From positions 248,001-312,000 of the forward strand of contig CM030332.1 of NCBI GenBank assembly GCA_017654855.1: a DNA stretch of 64,000 nt, read 5' to 3'. The translations under genes were made by a program, and so were the position numbers. The stretch is from Podospora anserina. Lineage: Eukaryota. Below are positions 1 to 14,217 of the stretch, piece by piece. The number at the start of each line of letters is the position of its first letter. The stretch's first letter is position 1. The notes beneath the pieces are model-generated. The model did no database searches, was not told where the DNA came from, and saw nothing but the letters and a program-made list of their open reading frames with translations.

Positions 1-1
1 A

Positions 2-811
2 TCCGCTCAGCCAGCACCCATCCCAGATCACTCCTATCTACTTCGGCCATCTGTGCAATCAGCACCCGCCCCGGTTCGACATGCTGTCCCTTTGAGCAAG
101 ATGGACAAAGTACCTAGGGTCGCAAGTCAAGTCCCCAAGAAGCGAGCACTAGTTGTAGGCTCAAGGGAAGAACGCGACATCCTGGTGAGACTGTATGTGC
201 AAGAGGCCGGCGAGCTGACAACAATAAAGACTAAGCTGTCCTATCTCGGTAATCGAATTGGACAGGTCAAGGGCGTGAAAGAGACCGACAGGATGCTGAG
301 AATTCTGGGGCAGGCGGAAGATGATGGCGAGTTGACACTGAGGTCTATTCACAGAAAACGGGCGGAGGAAATTAGGCAGCGAGATGCCAAGGTTGACGGT
401 CAGAGTGGGAAACAGGTCAAGAGTGGTGAAGGACGCAGTGGGAGTCTTTCAACTTCTAACATCAAGAATACTGTTGGGGATGGCACTGGTGCTGCTAAAG
501 TTGGGGCTGAGGACAGCACTTGCACTGATATTCCCATGACTGATGTTGGGGACAAGGTTGATGTCGACAGCGGTGCCAATCTTGAGCAACCCGCGGTTAC
601 TAAAGGCAAGACTGCGGCTAAGGAGGAGCATATTGAGGATATGATCTATGTATGCATGGGACTCTTTACAAGCCGGCAGGATCTGGCTAGGACGACGAAG
701 GCGGCCGGGGCGAACGCAGGAAACGGCACGGCCGGGAATACCTTGGAACCATGGGCGCTTCACACCTGCGCTAAATGCCGACTTTGGGCGATAGAGGAAG
801 AAGGCATTTGA
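2..811 (+). CDS. Hypothetical protein, C-terminal part (5' end outside window)
   Basis: Frame is open from base 2 (SAQPAPIPDHSYLL...) to TGA at 809-811; low-complexity, charged sequence with no recognised domain. Confidence 0.5.
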   Translation, partial: SAQPAPIPDHSYLLRPSVQSAPAPVRHAVPLSKMDKVPRVASQVPKKRALVVGSREERDILVRLYVQEAGELTTIKTKLSYLGNRIGQVKGVKETDRMLRILGQAEDDGELTLRSIHRKRAEEIRQRDAKVDGQSGKQVKSGEGRSGSLSTSNIKNTVGDGTGAAKVGAEDSTCTDIPMTDVGDKVDVDSGANLEQPAVTKGKTAAKEEHIEDMIYVCMGLFTSRQDLARTTKAAGANAGNGTAGNTLEPWALHTCAKCRLWAIEEEGI

Positions 812-1030
812 TAGAGTGGTACGAGATAGATAGTCGTTGCTCGTTTCTTCTTGTTGCTCTTCATTAGAAAGCTCAATCATGACCTTGCTACAGAATACCT
901 GAAACATGCTTCTGGAAGCGACGCGCAGTCACCTTGTTATTGATATGTGATGATCTATTAATAAGTCACGTATAGATGCGATAAAGTGTATTTTCTTCCT
1001 AATTCAGGTCACCACCCTGCTGTCAAATGT

Positions 1031-2492
1031 TCAGGGAGCCGCGGGGGCAGTCTCAACAATCTCCACATATCGGAGAGTGATCTCGTACTTGGTGTCGGAC
1101 GGCGCCGAACTCGTCGAAGACATAAAGGCCGCGAGGTCTCCAACGGGGTACATCCACCCGCCAACACGATACAGAACAACCGGAGCGACTGTGTTGGTGG
1201 TTCAGCAAACTTTGTCGGTTTCTTGAAAGGGGATTGGGGCCAACAACTTACCGCTTCCATCGGGGATGACCCAATTCCAGCCGATTGAGCCTGTCTCTGT
1301 GTCCAGAGTCCACTGTTACCAAGAGGTGGTTAGCAAGCGTGACCCACCAGATCAAAAGGGGCAACGTACAATGTCCGTGGCGTGGCAAAACTGTGCGTCG
1401 CAGACATATGGTTCGTTGGCGGATGCTGTTGGTTTTAGAGGTTAGCATTCTCACCATTCCTTGGGGGGCACATATGCAGGCGGCGGGGAACTCTTACTCA
1501 ACGGAACGTAGTCCGTGCTGCCACTAAATGGTGATAACAAAGCACACGTTAGTTTGTCTGGCTCAACAAGGGCAGTGCGGCACATACTAGTACGTCTCTA
1601 TCCTGGTGGTCCCGCCCGCAGTCCTGAAACCGAGCGCCCGGGTGGCCTCACCGCCGACTGGTTGAATCCTGATGCCGGAGGAGGAGGTGCTCTGATCATC
1701 AGGGACGGTGATGGTAAAGCGGCGGGCGCTGTTTTGGTTAGTGGCGATGTTGGGGCTGGCAGCGTTGGAGATCCAGCCGACGGATTGACCTGTGGATTTC
1801 CTCAGGACTTGGATCGCAACGCTGATGGTTGTTGACGAGGGGGCGGGGGGGGTGAGGGTCTCTGTTGCTGTCACGGTGGACACGAGAGTGGAAATGACGG
1901 TTGACGTGGCTGGCTCGGTGACGGTGACGGCGTTGTCTGGGTTGATGTGGGTGATGGTTGTGGTGGACAGGGGGATGGCACTGGACCTGTCGAGGCAGTG
2001 GCAGGCTGAGGAGATTCGGGTGTCTGGGTAGGCGTCTTCGCCGGAGGGGAGCCAGGTGGGGAGGGAGGCAAGGGCAGTGTCACGGCGATGCTTCTTGTAT
2101 TCGGTTACTGCGATCGCTTGCGAGGTGAAAGCAACGGGAGCAGAGACGGTAACGGTGACGGAGGAGATGTCTGAGATGACTTGGGTGACGGTTGTGGCTT
2201 GAGTCACGGTGATGACTCTGGGAGTGAGGTCAGTTATCTGAGCTTTTGAGAGAAAAAGAGACTGCCTGACTTACACCTCCTCAGTGGCCGTGACTTCGGC
2301 GGTTTCCAAGGGAAGACCCAATACACTGCTGCAGAATGGAAGGGCCTCGGAGAAGACGTCCTCGGAACGCAAGAGCACGAGAAGCTCATCACTCGCCTTG
2401 CAGCTGTTGCAGCGAGCAGAAACTCCAGAAATGAGTGTGGTGGCGGCTTGTAGCAGCAACAGCCAGCCGCTTTTGGTGACAGGAGCCATCAT
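1031..2492 (-). CDS. Secreted Ser/Thr-rich protein, 6 exons
   Basis: Signal peptide MAPVTKSGWLLLLQAATTLISGVSA. Five GT..AG introns with branch-like motifs (first 2218-2274) splice into one frame ending ...YVEIVETAPAAP* (TGA 1031-1033). Thr-rich region and an ISSACHCL motif. Confidence 0.75.
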
Positions 2493-2931
2493 GTTTACCT
2501 AATTACAACTCACTTGACAAAAGCGACAAAAAGAGGGATCAAACGAGCGACTTGAGGGCGATGACCTTCATGAAGGAAATATATAAACAGCATAAAAACC
2601 GCGGGAGTGGCGCGCATTTTGATCATCATCACCTGGACGCAGGGCTGAAAGGAGGTGCCAGGGGTGTAAGCCGTTAGCGCCTCAGTTTGCAGGGCCTGGA
2701 CCGCTGTAGCGGGTCATCGGCACGCTGAATGGGGAAAGAGGATTCCCATAACTCTGTCAATAGCGCCATCGAAAAGCAGCTGAAAGGCCCTTAAAAAAGA
2801 AGCTTGGTGTTCCAAAATTGCATTCGCTACAGTTCCCTGTCTCACGGATATATATTTACGCGTGTTTCCCTCCCCACCACCTGGGCAGGCAGCGTTCTAG
2901 AATATCACTTCTAGTTCTCCTCTCTTGACAT

Positions 2932-3881
2932 CTACACCATGATCAAACCGCCAAACACGGCCGCGAGGGCAGTCAAGCCCAAGACGTACACCGACGAAGC
3001 CTTGATACCAGCAGCAGCATTGGTGTCGTTGTCTCCACCTTGACCACCAGCATTGTTGTTGTTGCCACCGTTGCCGCCCTGGTTGTTGAGGCCCTGGGGA
3101 GCACTTGTTCCATTGCCCCCGTTGGCACCAGTGTCAATCACAAAGTAGGTCGCTCCAATGGCAGGGCCGAGGCCAAGCTGAGTCCTCCAGCGGGAGAGCT
3201 ATGTCTCATTGTCAGTTTTCACCATGGACATCATCATGACGAGAAGAAAAACCTTACGTTCCAGTTCGCAACCTCCCTCTCCATCCCCACACTCTCAAAC
3301 CCAGCAGTGTTAAACCTGGCCGGCTGGGTGTACAAAGCCATGATGTACCGATGCACGCCCGAGTTGGCATCTGGCTTCGGCGCAGTAAAGTTGGTAAACG
3401 GCGCGCCCGAATTCGGCGGCCTCGCCAACCTCTGCGCCGTGCTCAACACACTCGAGTTTTGCCCGTTCAGCGTGAAATTACCCGCCAACCAATGTCTCAG
3501 GTTGCGAGCGGTGGGGTTGCTCCTCGCGGGCGCGTCGGCATCCAACAGATAAATCAGGTACCGCGTCTGGGCGGTGATGTTGGTCGCATTGTTGACGTTC
3601 TCGACGGAAAACTCAATGGGGAGGGTGCTGATCTCGTTGACGGTGAGGGAGGAACCCGGGATGAGGAGCTCGCTGTGGTTGGAGTCGCCTTCGGTTTTGT
3701 AGGTGGCATAGAATGACACGGCTGGGTCGAGGGCGGGGATGACTTCGGGGACGATGCCCGAGTTGACAAAGGCGTTTTTGAAGGAGAGGGTAGAAACGGA
3801 CTCGGCGTTGTCGTCTGCGAGAGAGACGCTGGCCAGGGCCAAGAGGGAAAGGGGGAGGGATTTGGAGACTGTTGGATACAT
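2932..3881 (-). CDS. Phosphatidylethanolamine-binding protein (PEBP) family, secreted and probably GPI-anchored
   Basis: Signal peptide; PEBP motifs LLDADAP, LRHWL, P-x-P...GVHRY. Intron 3199-3257. G/N-rich linker and hydrophobic C-terminal tail (AAAGIKASSVYVLGLTALAAVFGGLIMV). Confidence 0.85.
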
Positions 3882-4576
3882 TTTCGAGGTAAATTAGGTA
3901 GGTATACTGATCAACAGCTGTGTAGTTGGAATAATAATACAACGCTAGTGTCCGGCACTGCCAGAATGAAACACTCGAAATGACTGAGAAAAGATGGTAC
4001 TGGAATTGCCAGATGAAGAGAGAAAGAGAAGGAAAACTTCCGATGGATGAAAAGACATGGAGGTAGGTAGATATAAATCCCAAAACCTCGCTCGGACAAT
4101 TGATCCGGCACACGAACACGGGGTAAAAACATCCGGCCGTTGATCGTGAACCGTTTCCGAGAGGCGCAAAGAGGGGAGATCACACACGCCGTGGCTCTCT
4201 TGGCACTGCTACCCCTGACTCCTTTTGCATGTGCGCAGGTGTTTTATCCCAACTCTGCAGCACAGCGACCATGTTTCAGGTTTTCTGTACACTGCCAAAT
4301 TCATACATTGATGGCGCATCCTGCCTGTGCTACCAACAAAAAAGAAACGTCAAGTCACTAGGGGGGTTTGTTTCCACTTGTGTGCCAAGTTCTTGGAGGC
4401 CACGACCACGGGTAAAACGGCGGCCTCATTTGAAGACATCAGACTCGAAGAGAAAATAAAGAGACTAAATTACACGTAATAAAACAAAGGGTATCTTCTT
4501 TGAATCAGATTGGGTGACCAAGACAACTCTAACCCCCGGGTTCTTCTTTCTTTTCTCTATCTCTTTCGCTTTTGGG

Positions 4577-5867
4577 TCAAACATAGTTTTGCCCTTTATC
4601 TGGCAAGTCTCTTGGGTGGGCGGGATAAGGAATGGCGATGCCTGGCTCGCTGTAGGAGACAGTCTGTTGTGGGGGTTTCTATTAGCTGATGTCAACAAGA
4701 CCGAAAGGCTTGGACGAGAACAGAGAAAAACTCACAACATCGTGTTGAACTAGGATCTCCTCCTGGGACTCCATCGCGTCCAAGCTGCCCTGCATCGATT
4801 TCTTTTCTTTTGAAATTGATCCCATCCGCACACTCTTACTGATGGATTGCTTGCCGGTGAGCTTGCTTCCTCCTGCAGAATGCTGGTTTGACCGGTTTGC
4901 TGAGTTGCGAGAGTGGACGGTGATGAGGACCTTGAGGGCGGGCAGGGTGCCAACAATGACGGCTAACAAGAGTGTCAGTTTTCTTTTTGATCGCCAGCAT
5001 GACGGAGAGAAGAGAAGAGAGCAACTTACAGATCGAAGCGGCAAGAGTCGACCAGATCATGAGCAATGTCAGATTGACAAACATCTTTTCCACCAACACC
5101 TGCTTTGCCCTGATGATGGCAAAAGCAATCATGACAAAACCCAGGCCAAAGACGGCAACCAGTCCGACCTTTTGTCTCAAAGTGACCTTGACGTTATAGA
5201 TCAACCTCAGGGGCATAGCCATAACTGTTTCCAGCACTTGTCAGCATTGCCATCAGCTTGCCCAAGCTGATTGCGAGAACTCACTGCACAGATCCGTAAA
5301 AACATCAATGGTAGTGCTGAAGTAGACACTGAAGTTTGATGCCCACACATGCTCCGGCTTTGCGCATGTCGCAAACCCAAAGAAGTTTTTGACATCGCCC
5401 CCGCACGACACCGTCAACGTGACCAAGCACCCTCCATACGCTAGCAAGCAAAACAGCGCCAAAATATACCAAACCCTGCGGTAGACGGGCAAGTCCCGGA
5501 AGATCTTCCAGTAGAGAGTCAGAAACGCGGCCTTGACGCTCCAGAGTGTCGACCAGTAAAGAATGACGATGGGAAACTGAAAGAGAAGATAACGCTCCGT
5601 TTTTTCAATGATGCCCACTATTGGGGCGGTGCCGGCCAAGACTCCGGCGATGTAGTACAACGAGGGAAGTTGTATCGTTTCGAGGACACATAGCGATAGT
5701 AAGCATGTTAGGGCAAAGAAGATGCAGTAGTCGTCAACTGTGGGCGATGATGTTCTTGCTCGGACGGCTGTCCGGAGAGCAACCAGCACAAAAGCTGTTC
5801 CAAAGCAGGTCCAGATGATGGCGCGCAGGGTGTCTTCGGGAACGGTGGCCGCGTCGATGGTGTCCAT
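4577..5867 (-). CDS. PTH11-like (fungal rhodopsin-domain) integral membrane protein without CFEM
   Basis: FVLVALRTAVR, DDYCIFFAL, LWSVKAAFLTLYWKIF, DVFTDL/VMAMPLRLI, QKVGLVAVFGLG, IVGTLPALK motifs across three introns; last exon predicted TVSYSEP...QNYV*. Confidence 0.85.
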
Positions 5868-7656
5868 CTTGCCCACGAGGTGTAAGTGAAGGGACGGTCC
5901 GGTGTCAGTCAGGTGTTTTGGTGGCACGGGGACTCGCAACAGAGGGCAAAGGAGGGTAAGACAAGGCCATTGGGGGCCCGTGCCGTATATGAAGATGGGG
6001 ACTCTATCCTGATATTGCGAGGGATTTCATTATGGGCAGCCTGGAAATACATATGGGCTGATGTCGAGCATCAGTGGCGGACTGGAGTGATAGCTCGAGG
6101 TGCCATTTACGGCCATTGTTGGCCTCGATCAAAGGAATGTATGCAGGCCAAGACAGCGGCCTCTTCCAACGACCGGGGATAACGCCTCTCGTTCGTCCAA
6201 CGGCAATAGGGCTGTCACACGGTCTTTTGTTTGCTACTGGTCGGTTGATTTCGATACTTTGGCGCGCTGGGCGAAGACATGTCGACTCTGGCATGTGAGT
6301 GGTTGACACAGCTTCGGCAATGAATTGTAAGCCCCGGCTGGACCTGCAGTGGAGGTGCAGGGGAGAAGCAACACAAGAAAGACAGCGACCAGTCAGTTGG
6401 AAACTTCCCCGCGTTGTGTTATCGGCACCTGGCTATCGCGCGATGCGATTGGTCGACAAATCTTTGCAGCTGCAGGAGAATTTCCCCCAAAAGGGAAACA
6501 GCTCCAAGCGCGCACACACACAACTCCAGCCAGGAACTGGATTCCTTGGAACGCAGCGAAGGCAGCACCAGATCACGGGGTCAGTCATGAGGTGGATTAT
6601 ATCATCCGCCCATGCCCCCCGCCAAACTCGGCGTGCAATTCGTTCCCTTTCGATTTTCTGTTTTTGTTGTTGATGACTCTGTGATGGATCAAATCTGCCT
6701 TGAGTAATCCTCTCAAATCCTCAGGTGGCCTTATCGTTCGGCCCAGCCACCGAAAGACCCCGCCCTCAATCACACCTTATCACCCGGTTCCCGACTCACT
6801 CCATCCTCCTCCCACTCACCTTTGCCTCACCTCGCGCGTCACTCACCTTTTGGGCATGGTGTGTGCTGGCAGCATGAACACCATTCGACCCAACAAGATT
6901 TCTCAGGCACTCAGGGTCTTCCCAGCGGGCCGGGCATCAACTGTTTTTGTTTTTCTGGTTCCTGTCGTCGTCGCACTCGCTTCAGGGCTAACACATTCTG
7001 AATGATGTCAGGCACCCCACTGATCTGGCAGACAGCCAAATTCCGAAAAGCCGGAATGCGGCGCATTGTGGTTCGCTGCACCCGCTTCACCACGTCACTC
7101 GGGCGCTCGTCCATGCGGGTTTTGCATGGCTCTCTGCTCTTGGACTCGAGGCCATTGGATCAATATTGAATGCATCTTCTCGGTGGCCCAAAGGCACGAA
7201 TGCCATTCTGACACGACACCGCCCGTATTCGATCACTGCATGCACCTCTCTGTTCTCGAAGCCGTTGCTCTCTGAGCCTAGCGTCAACGCCCCGAACAGG
7301 GAACCACGGAGCTGAGCGGAGACACGGCCCCATGTCTTGACCGCCACGTCGCCGAGCCCGACCTTATTGATGGCGATTAAGACCAAAAAAGCAAGGTAAA
7401 AAGCCTCAGGAAAATTCCACGAGGTTGGGGAGAAAAAAGCTTGACGCCGTCATCATCTATCTGTACTTAACAATGCCGTCCCCATCCCTTCCACTTCGAG
7501 CCCGGGTTTTTCTTCTCGAGCCGAGGAGGAGGGTATGATGGATTGCATCTTGCAGCATACTTAGAACACCATCACAGCGCCATGCTGATGCTCTAACGAC
7601 ACGACCATATCAATAATATTTTTTTCCGATAACGATACGATACGATAACGATAACG

Positions 7657-8671
7657 ATGTTACGACTCAACTTTCTCATCCTCTGGGCGGCAGCAGCATC
7701 ACTGTTTGCATCCGCTCTTCCCATTTCAGACGTTTCCGAAGAAGAGATCAACACGCCAACGCCAGAACCGAAAAAGACGTTTTGGAAGAGCTTCAATCCC
7801 AACACCGACTTCCGAAACCGCAACTTCAACACCATCTCCCGCATCTACAACCTCACCGTCTACCCCAACCAGGTACCCATCTTGACCTTTGGCGGCGCAG
7901 CGTTTGTTCCAAAAGGACTCTTTGCCCAAAATGTTGTTGGCCGTGTTGACCCAGTCGGCAACTTCACCGGTTTTGAACACTCGATTGAGTACTTCTTTGC
8001 GCTCTCGCCATTGCCGCAGGCCAACCCATCCTCTGCCGCCATCACCAGCTACAAGATTGTCGAGTTTTCGTCCGAGTGCAGGGACATCGCCGCCAGCGTC
8101 GTGTACCTCTACACCAGCGTCGTCAACCCTGGCTCACCGGATCACGGAAAGCCACTGCCTCCGTTGAAGCAGGTGGCCTTCTGGAAGTTCAACAAGGAGG
8201 GCGAGGTGGAAAAGTATGACGCCTGGATTCCGAACCTGAACAGCTGGGTGACGAGGACGACAATGGCGAGTCTCGGGAATCCCGAGTTCCAGTTGGAGAG
8301 CATCAGGCAGATCTGCTACGGGACGCAGGCGAGGTGCTACGGCCCGAATCAGCAGTGGGACAGCATCGAGGACTGTGTTGTGGGATTGGCCAAGAAGAAC
8401 TACGGGACGTATGATGAGGCTTGGGGTGACAATGTCGTCTGCAGAACCATTCATTTGGTGCTCACGCAGACCAGACCCGATGTAAGTCTCTTTCTCTCTG
8501 CAGACAGACAACAACTGAGACAAGTGACTAACCGCTTCACAACAGGTCCATTGCCCACACGTTGGCCCTACTGGAGGCGGCAAATGTGTCGACGTGGAGT
8601 ACCCCGAGAACTACTTCTCGGACAAGTGGCTCTACGGAGAGGAGACTGGCGAGACTTTTGTCTGCAAATGA
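7657..8671 (+). CDS. Secreted fungal protein of unknown function
   Basis: Signal peptide and strong codon bias. Intron 8482-8545 restores RPDVHCPHVGPTGGGKC; Cys-containing C-terminus. Confidence 0.8.
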
Positions 8672-10101
8672 TTGATGTGTTATTAGATGTACATGATGGG
8701 GACCGCCTTGACGATGACAACAAGAAAAATATGGGACGGATGATTTGATGATTCACGACAACAACAACAACGACGAGCATACGAAAAAGCAGAAGCAACA
8801 ACTATTGTAATTAATGTATATTTAGACGGACTGGCACATTTTTGCTGAAGGATATGTACGGGAGGTAGCGTAGTGCTTTTTGGACGGAATAATAGATGGT
8901 TGTGGGCTTGCATTGGTGCGTTTGTTGTCTTTGAGTGTTCGTGCCTTCCTCCATGGACCATCTCATGAGAGGCCCGGCTTTTTCCCACTTCCCGTCCATC
9001 TGGCACGGACTCAGACACTCACCTGAGCAACAAAGATGGCTTGTTGACGCGACCTCAATGTACCTTCCGCACACCATCTTCTTCGACTCGACATTCTGCC
9101 AAAATTTGACATGATGGGATTTCTCGAGATCATTCACCGGTTGAATAGGTACTCAGCTCTTGCCAAGCTCATAACCCGTTTATTCCTCGTTACCCGTCCT
9201 GATTTTATCCTGCCGACCTCAGGGACCAGGGCACCTGACCTCAACGACAGTTTATGATGAGGCCAACAAAGACAGACGCGTACAGGACAACACAGGTGGA
9301 GTTTTGATGACTGCACACACGAAAGCAACCGAGTGACAACAAGCAGTGTTGCAGCGAAATACCTTTTCTGCCTAAAGGAATCCGGAGGCGGACATAAGCT
9401 TTGCTTGGGTTGCCCTGCTACGGCCGATCGCTAGCCATAAAGGGGTGGTCAGCGACAACGTTGACCCGCAGATGTTGAGATGTAACCGCCACTCGGAAAG
9501 CTCCTCGGTTATGAAAACAAAAGTTAAAGCACATGACGGATCATTATAGTTCATATCTGTCCCCAGCAACCCGGACTTCCCCCCGAATCTGTTCACTCTC
9601 CAGCCGACCCGCTCGCGGCTCAACAGAGCCCTCGATGATCACCAGCCCCCTTGTTGACTAGTCGTCAGCGGCTTGGTGTGAGAATTCAGGCTGAAGATAC
9701 CATCGACATGTAGCCAGGGGCTAAGACTCATGATCGGTATTTTTCACGGCAGACAGAGCGCCAACCGAACCCGTCGTTACATCGAACAAGCTTGTCTCTT
9801 GATCCGACAGACATTCCAAAATCACGGAACAACCCAATTTGCATAGGAAGTGCGCAATCTACTCTAAACAAGAGGTGTTGTGGGGTACATCCTTTTCATG
9901 CGGACCCAAACCAGGGTTTCAACCGCCCCAGACACGGCATGGGATTGGTGGGAATGACTTGCCCTTTCCAGAAGTCCCGGTTCTACGTCCGGCTCACACG
10001 TTACGTACTCCAGGCCAAAGCGCCGCACGGCATCAATCATCGCGGGGCCCCGCACGGCAGGATGGGAGATCGGCATGGACACCGCTCGGGAGATGGGATT
10101 A

Positions 10102-11227
<1,126 letters not shown>

Positions 11228-12594
11228 GGGGGGGGGGTGACGTTGGAGGAGGTTAAGAACCTGGAAGTTGGAAGATGAGAGGAGCAAGGGGTCGACCAGG
11301 AGGAAGATCTGTTGAAAGTCTGGGCTGCTTGTGGAAAAGGGTTGCCAGATATTAAAGTGCAAAATTGTTTTGTTGTAAATTATTCTTGTTGCTTTCACAC
11401 GCTCCTTTTATGAACACTTCTAGATAGGGATATGACTCGATTGCATCTCACCATGCCCGTGTTTCTATCCAATGTGAAGCATGCGGGACTATTTCCATCT
11501 TTCAAACACCTTGAGAGACATAATGGATGTTTAGTTTGGGAGCAGAGCATCTCAAATATTTCTATCGAGGTAAGACGCAGTCAAAGTTCTTCTGAGAATC
11601 AAGTGACGTTCCACGGAAGGCTGGCTAGACATATCGATTACCGCATCTTCAACAGTCTGTTGACGGGTGCTGTTGTAAAGTCTTCCGTGTTGAGAGCGAG
11701 ACGTCATAGTCCTTTCTGCCCAAGAGGCCTTGAATGTTCGATGTTGTCTTTTCTTTGATTCCTTTGCCCACCGCTTGAACTTTCCACCACCGCTGTGAGT
11801 TTAACTCTCTTTAAGTACCCACACATCTCTAAATCCTTCCATCATCGGGCCATTTGTTCATCACCCTGACACTCAGGTTCAGAAAGTCGAAAGGGTTAGG
11901 GTTCAGAGAGGCTATCCCTTGGCGCATTGCCGCCAGGCTCCAGGAGGCAGAAAACAATGCGCAGCTTCTAGATTTGGAGGAAATGAAACAGAAAGCGCAC
12001 AAGGATTATTCAGAGAGCTCCCAACTTGCCTAATTTCGGATGGTGGTCGCTGTTCCCTCCTGCCTTCCATCCAGGCAGGAAAAGGTGGGTCGACCTCGCG
12101 GCTGCCTGGCACGTGCATGTCGCGTCTGCCATTGACATCAACCACAAGGGTCCAAGCACCACGCCTTCACCACCACCCTCCTCCGTGGCCGCTACGAAAC
12201 ACCTTCTATTCCAGTTACACCGATATTCTCCGAATGTGTACGGATTCTGCATCCATCAGCTGGTTTAAAAAAGGCCGTCACATCCTGTGAGCAAATGAGT
12301 TCTGGCACTCGCGTGGCAGTCGTGGAACCCTGATCGGTCAGTTGCCGCACACACCCCTGACACAGAACCACCTCTAACACTGGTTTAGGAAAGTTGAAAG
12401 CCGGCTCTCTGCTGGCCTCTGTCGTCCCAGTTCCTCCTTGGGATCCTTCGCCGGGCCCCTGCCTACTCTGAAGCTGCGTCGGGCGGGAAGAAGGCCAGGT
12501 GCAGCGGCCACTGCATCGTCCATCACGGCAGTGGCAGGTGCCTATCCATAGAGCCTCGAGCCGCAGGCTCATTGTCCTACCCTTTGCACCTGAA

Positions 12595-14217
12595 ATGGCC
12601 TCACCACTTCCTCAGACCACAATGTCGAACCATCCGTCATGGCGGCTTCTGCCCGTCACAGCCCCGGATATCCCCACATTGCTGGTCTCGGCTACCTTTA
12701 CAAAAGATTCGTATCACTTTCGCCTCACAGATCTCGCCAATGTCTGGGTAGAAAACATGGAGAGAAAGCCCATCATCAAGCGTGGATTAATGGAGGATAC
12801 CAGCATTGATCCCAGTGATGGGCCCGACCAGATCCGCCGCATGCTCGAGCTGCTTCGAGCTGCCTTCGACCACGATGACCCCGAGCATTCGGACATATCA
12901 CTGACTCTGGCAAGAGATGACGACAACGACTCCCTTGTACTCCATGTCACCTGCGTTCTGCCCCAACCGTTGAAGCCCTTCAAATGGCCGATGGAACTCA
13001 AAAAATGCCCGCAATCCAACCTTGCAACTGAACTGGTGCTACCCATGGTCCAGGCCCACGAAGCCAAACTGCGCGAGATTGATCAGCTGATATCAGCCCT
13101 GTGCGAGAAGGACGGAATCATCACACGGCTTGTCGACAAGCTCGAAGCTACTGGCACCGGGCTTGAGCACGTGTTCAATTCGCTGTCCGGGAAGCGCAGA
13201 GTCACAAGAGCCGCCGCCGAAGCGAACGTGAAAGGTCTCGCCCCTTTCTCGGAGGCGGAGTTCCGGAATAGCACTTCGGAGCTGCGTTCTGTCGCTCAGC
13301 CCTCTGACGTGTCGACCCTCTTGGAGGACGTCTTTGGTACCACGGGCCTGACGTACAAGTCGGACCTTGATCTTGAAGCTTCCGCCACGCTGAACGATTG
13401 GTGGACCAGGATTGGAAAGGGGAAACACGTTGCCCTGGTCGGCAAGCCCAGCAAGAAGAAAGCCCGGACGCCCTCGCCCCCACCGGCCACAGAGCCCAAG
13501 GTGAAGGAGGAGGATGTGGACGACTTTCAGGTTCAAGTTACTCCTTCTGCCGTTCGGAAGCGTGACACCCGAGCGCGACCTCAACTGGAGACGACCAACG
13601 ATGATGAGACGTCTTCCGGGGAAGATGAAGACCAGCCGGTCGTGCCATCTGCTCGGAAAGACCATGCCCCGTCCCCGAGCAAGGCAGCCAAATCCCGAAT
13701 CGGGGTTTTGGGCGGCCGCAAAGCTTCGTCCACTTCACCAGTAACACGCCAGACACCCCCCAGGAAAGCTGCTTCCAAAAAAGCACCGGGTTCCTACAAT
13801 GACGACTCGGAGACGGCTTCAGATGATGACGAGAAGGACCAAGGCCACTCACCTTCGCCACCCCCTAAACAACTTCCGAACCGCGGCGGACTGGGCCGCA
13901 TTGGAGGAAAGGCCAAGCCAGACCCGCCATCACCGGAACCGAAAGAAATCACTTCGCCGGCGCAAGTGGACGACAGACCTAGCCCGGCGCCGAAGAGACA
14001 CAAGCTTGGTATCATCGGAAGACATACCCCGAACCCGGATGCCGGAGCATCGGCCGCTAGCGACGATGGTAGAGGAAGGAGCAAGAGCAAGACGCCAGCC
14101 AAGGATCAGTATCGCGAAACCTCGCAGGAACGAGCTGAAAGGAAACGGGCCGAGTTGCAAAGAGAACTGGAGGCTCGAGCAGCAGCTGGGCCCGCAAAGA
14201 AGAAGCGCAAGTTTTAG
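12595..14217 (+). CDS. XLF/Cernunnos (Nej1-like) non-homologous end-joining factor
   Basis: N-terminal XLF head (LLVSATF..SY..RLTDLANVW.E, TSIDPSDGPDQ, LKPFKWPMEL), coiled coil, disordered tail and basic C-terminal AKKKRKF resembling a Ku-binding motif. Start may be 12595 or 12622. Confidence 0.85.
   Translation: MASPLPQTTMSNHPSWRLLPVTAPDIPTLLVSATFTKDSYHFRLTDLANVWVENMERKPIIKRGLMEDTSIDPSDGPDQIRRMLELLRAAFDHDDPEHSDISLTLARDDDNDSLVLHVTCVLPQPLKPFKWPMELKKCPQSNLATELVLPMVQAHEAKLREIDQLISALCEKDGIITRLVDKLEATGTGLEHVFNSLSGKRRVTRAAAEANVKGLAPFSEAEFRNSTSELRSVAQPSDVSTLLEDVFGTTGLTYKSDLDLEASATLNDWWTRIGKGKHVALVGKPSKKKARTPSPPPATEPKVKEEDVDDFQVQVTPSAVRKRDTRARPQLETTNDDETSSGEDEDQPVVPSARKDHAPSPSKAAKSRIGVLGGRKASSTSPVTRQTPPRKAASKKAPGSYNDDSETASDDDEKDQGHSPSPPPKQLPNRGGLGRIGGKAKPDPPSPEPKEITSPAQVDDRPSPAPKRHKLGIIGRHTPNPDAGASAASDDGRGRSKSKTPAKDQYRETSQERAERKRAELQRELEARAAAGPAKKKRKF

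Noticed and set aside
11893..11903. GGGTTAGGGTT telomere-like 11-mer (also AACCCTAACCC at 54494-54504) as a telomerase RNA template or interstitial telomere
   Set aside because: Under two repeat units; no pseudoknot or CR4/5 recognisable by eye; little intergenic room. More likely chance or a promoter motif. An Infernal search would settle it.
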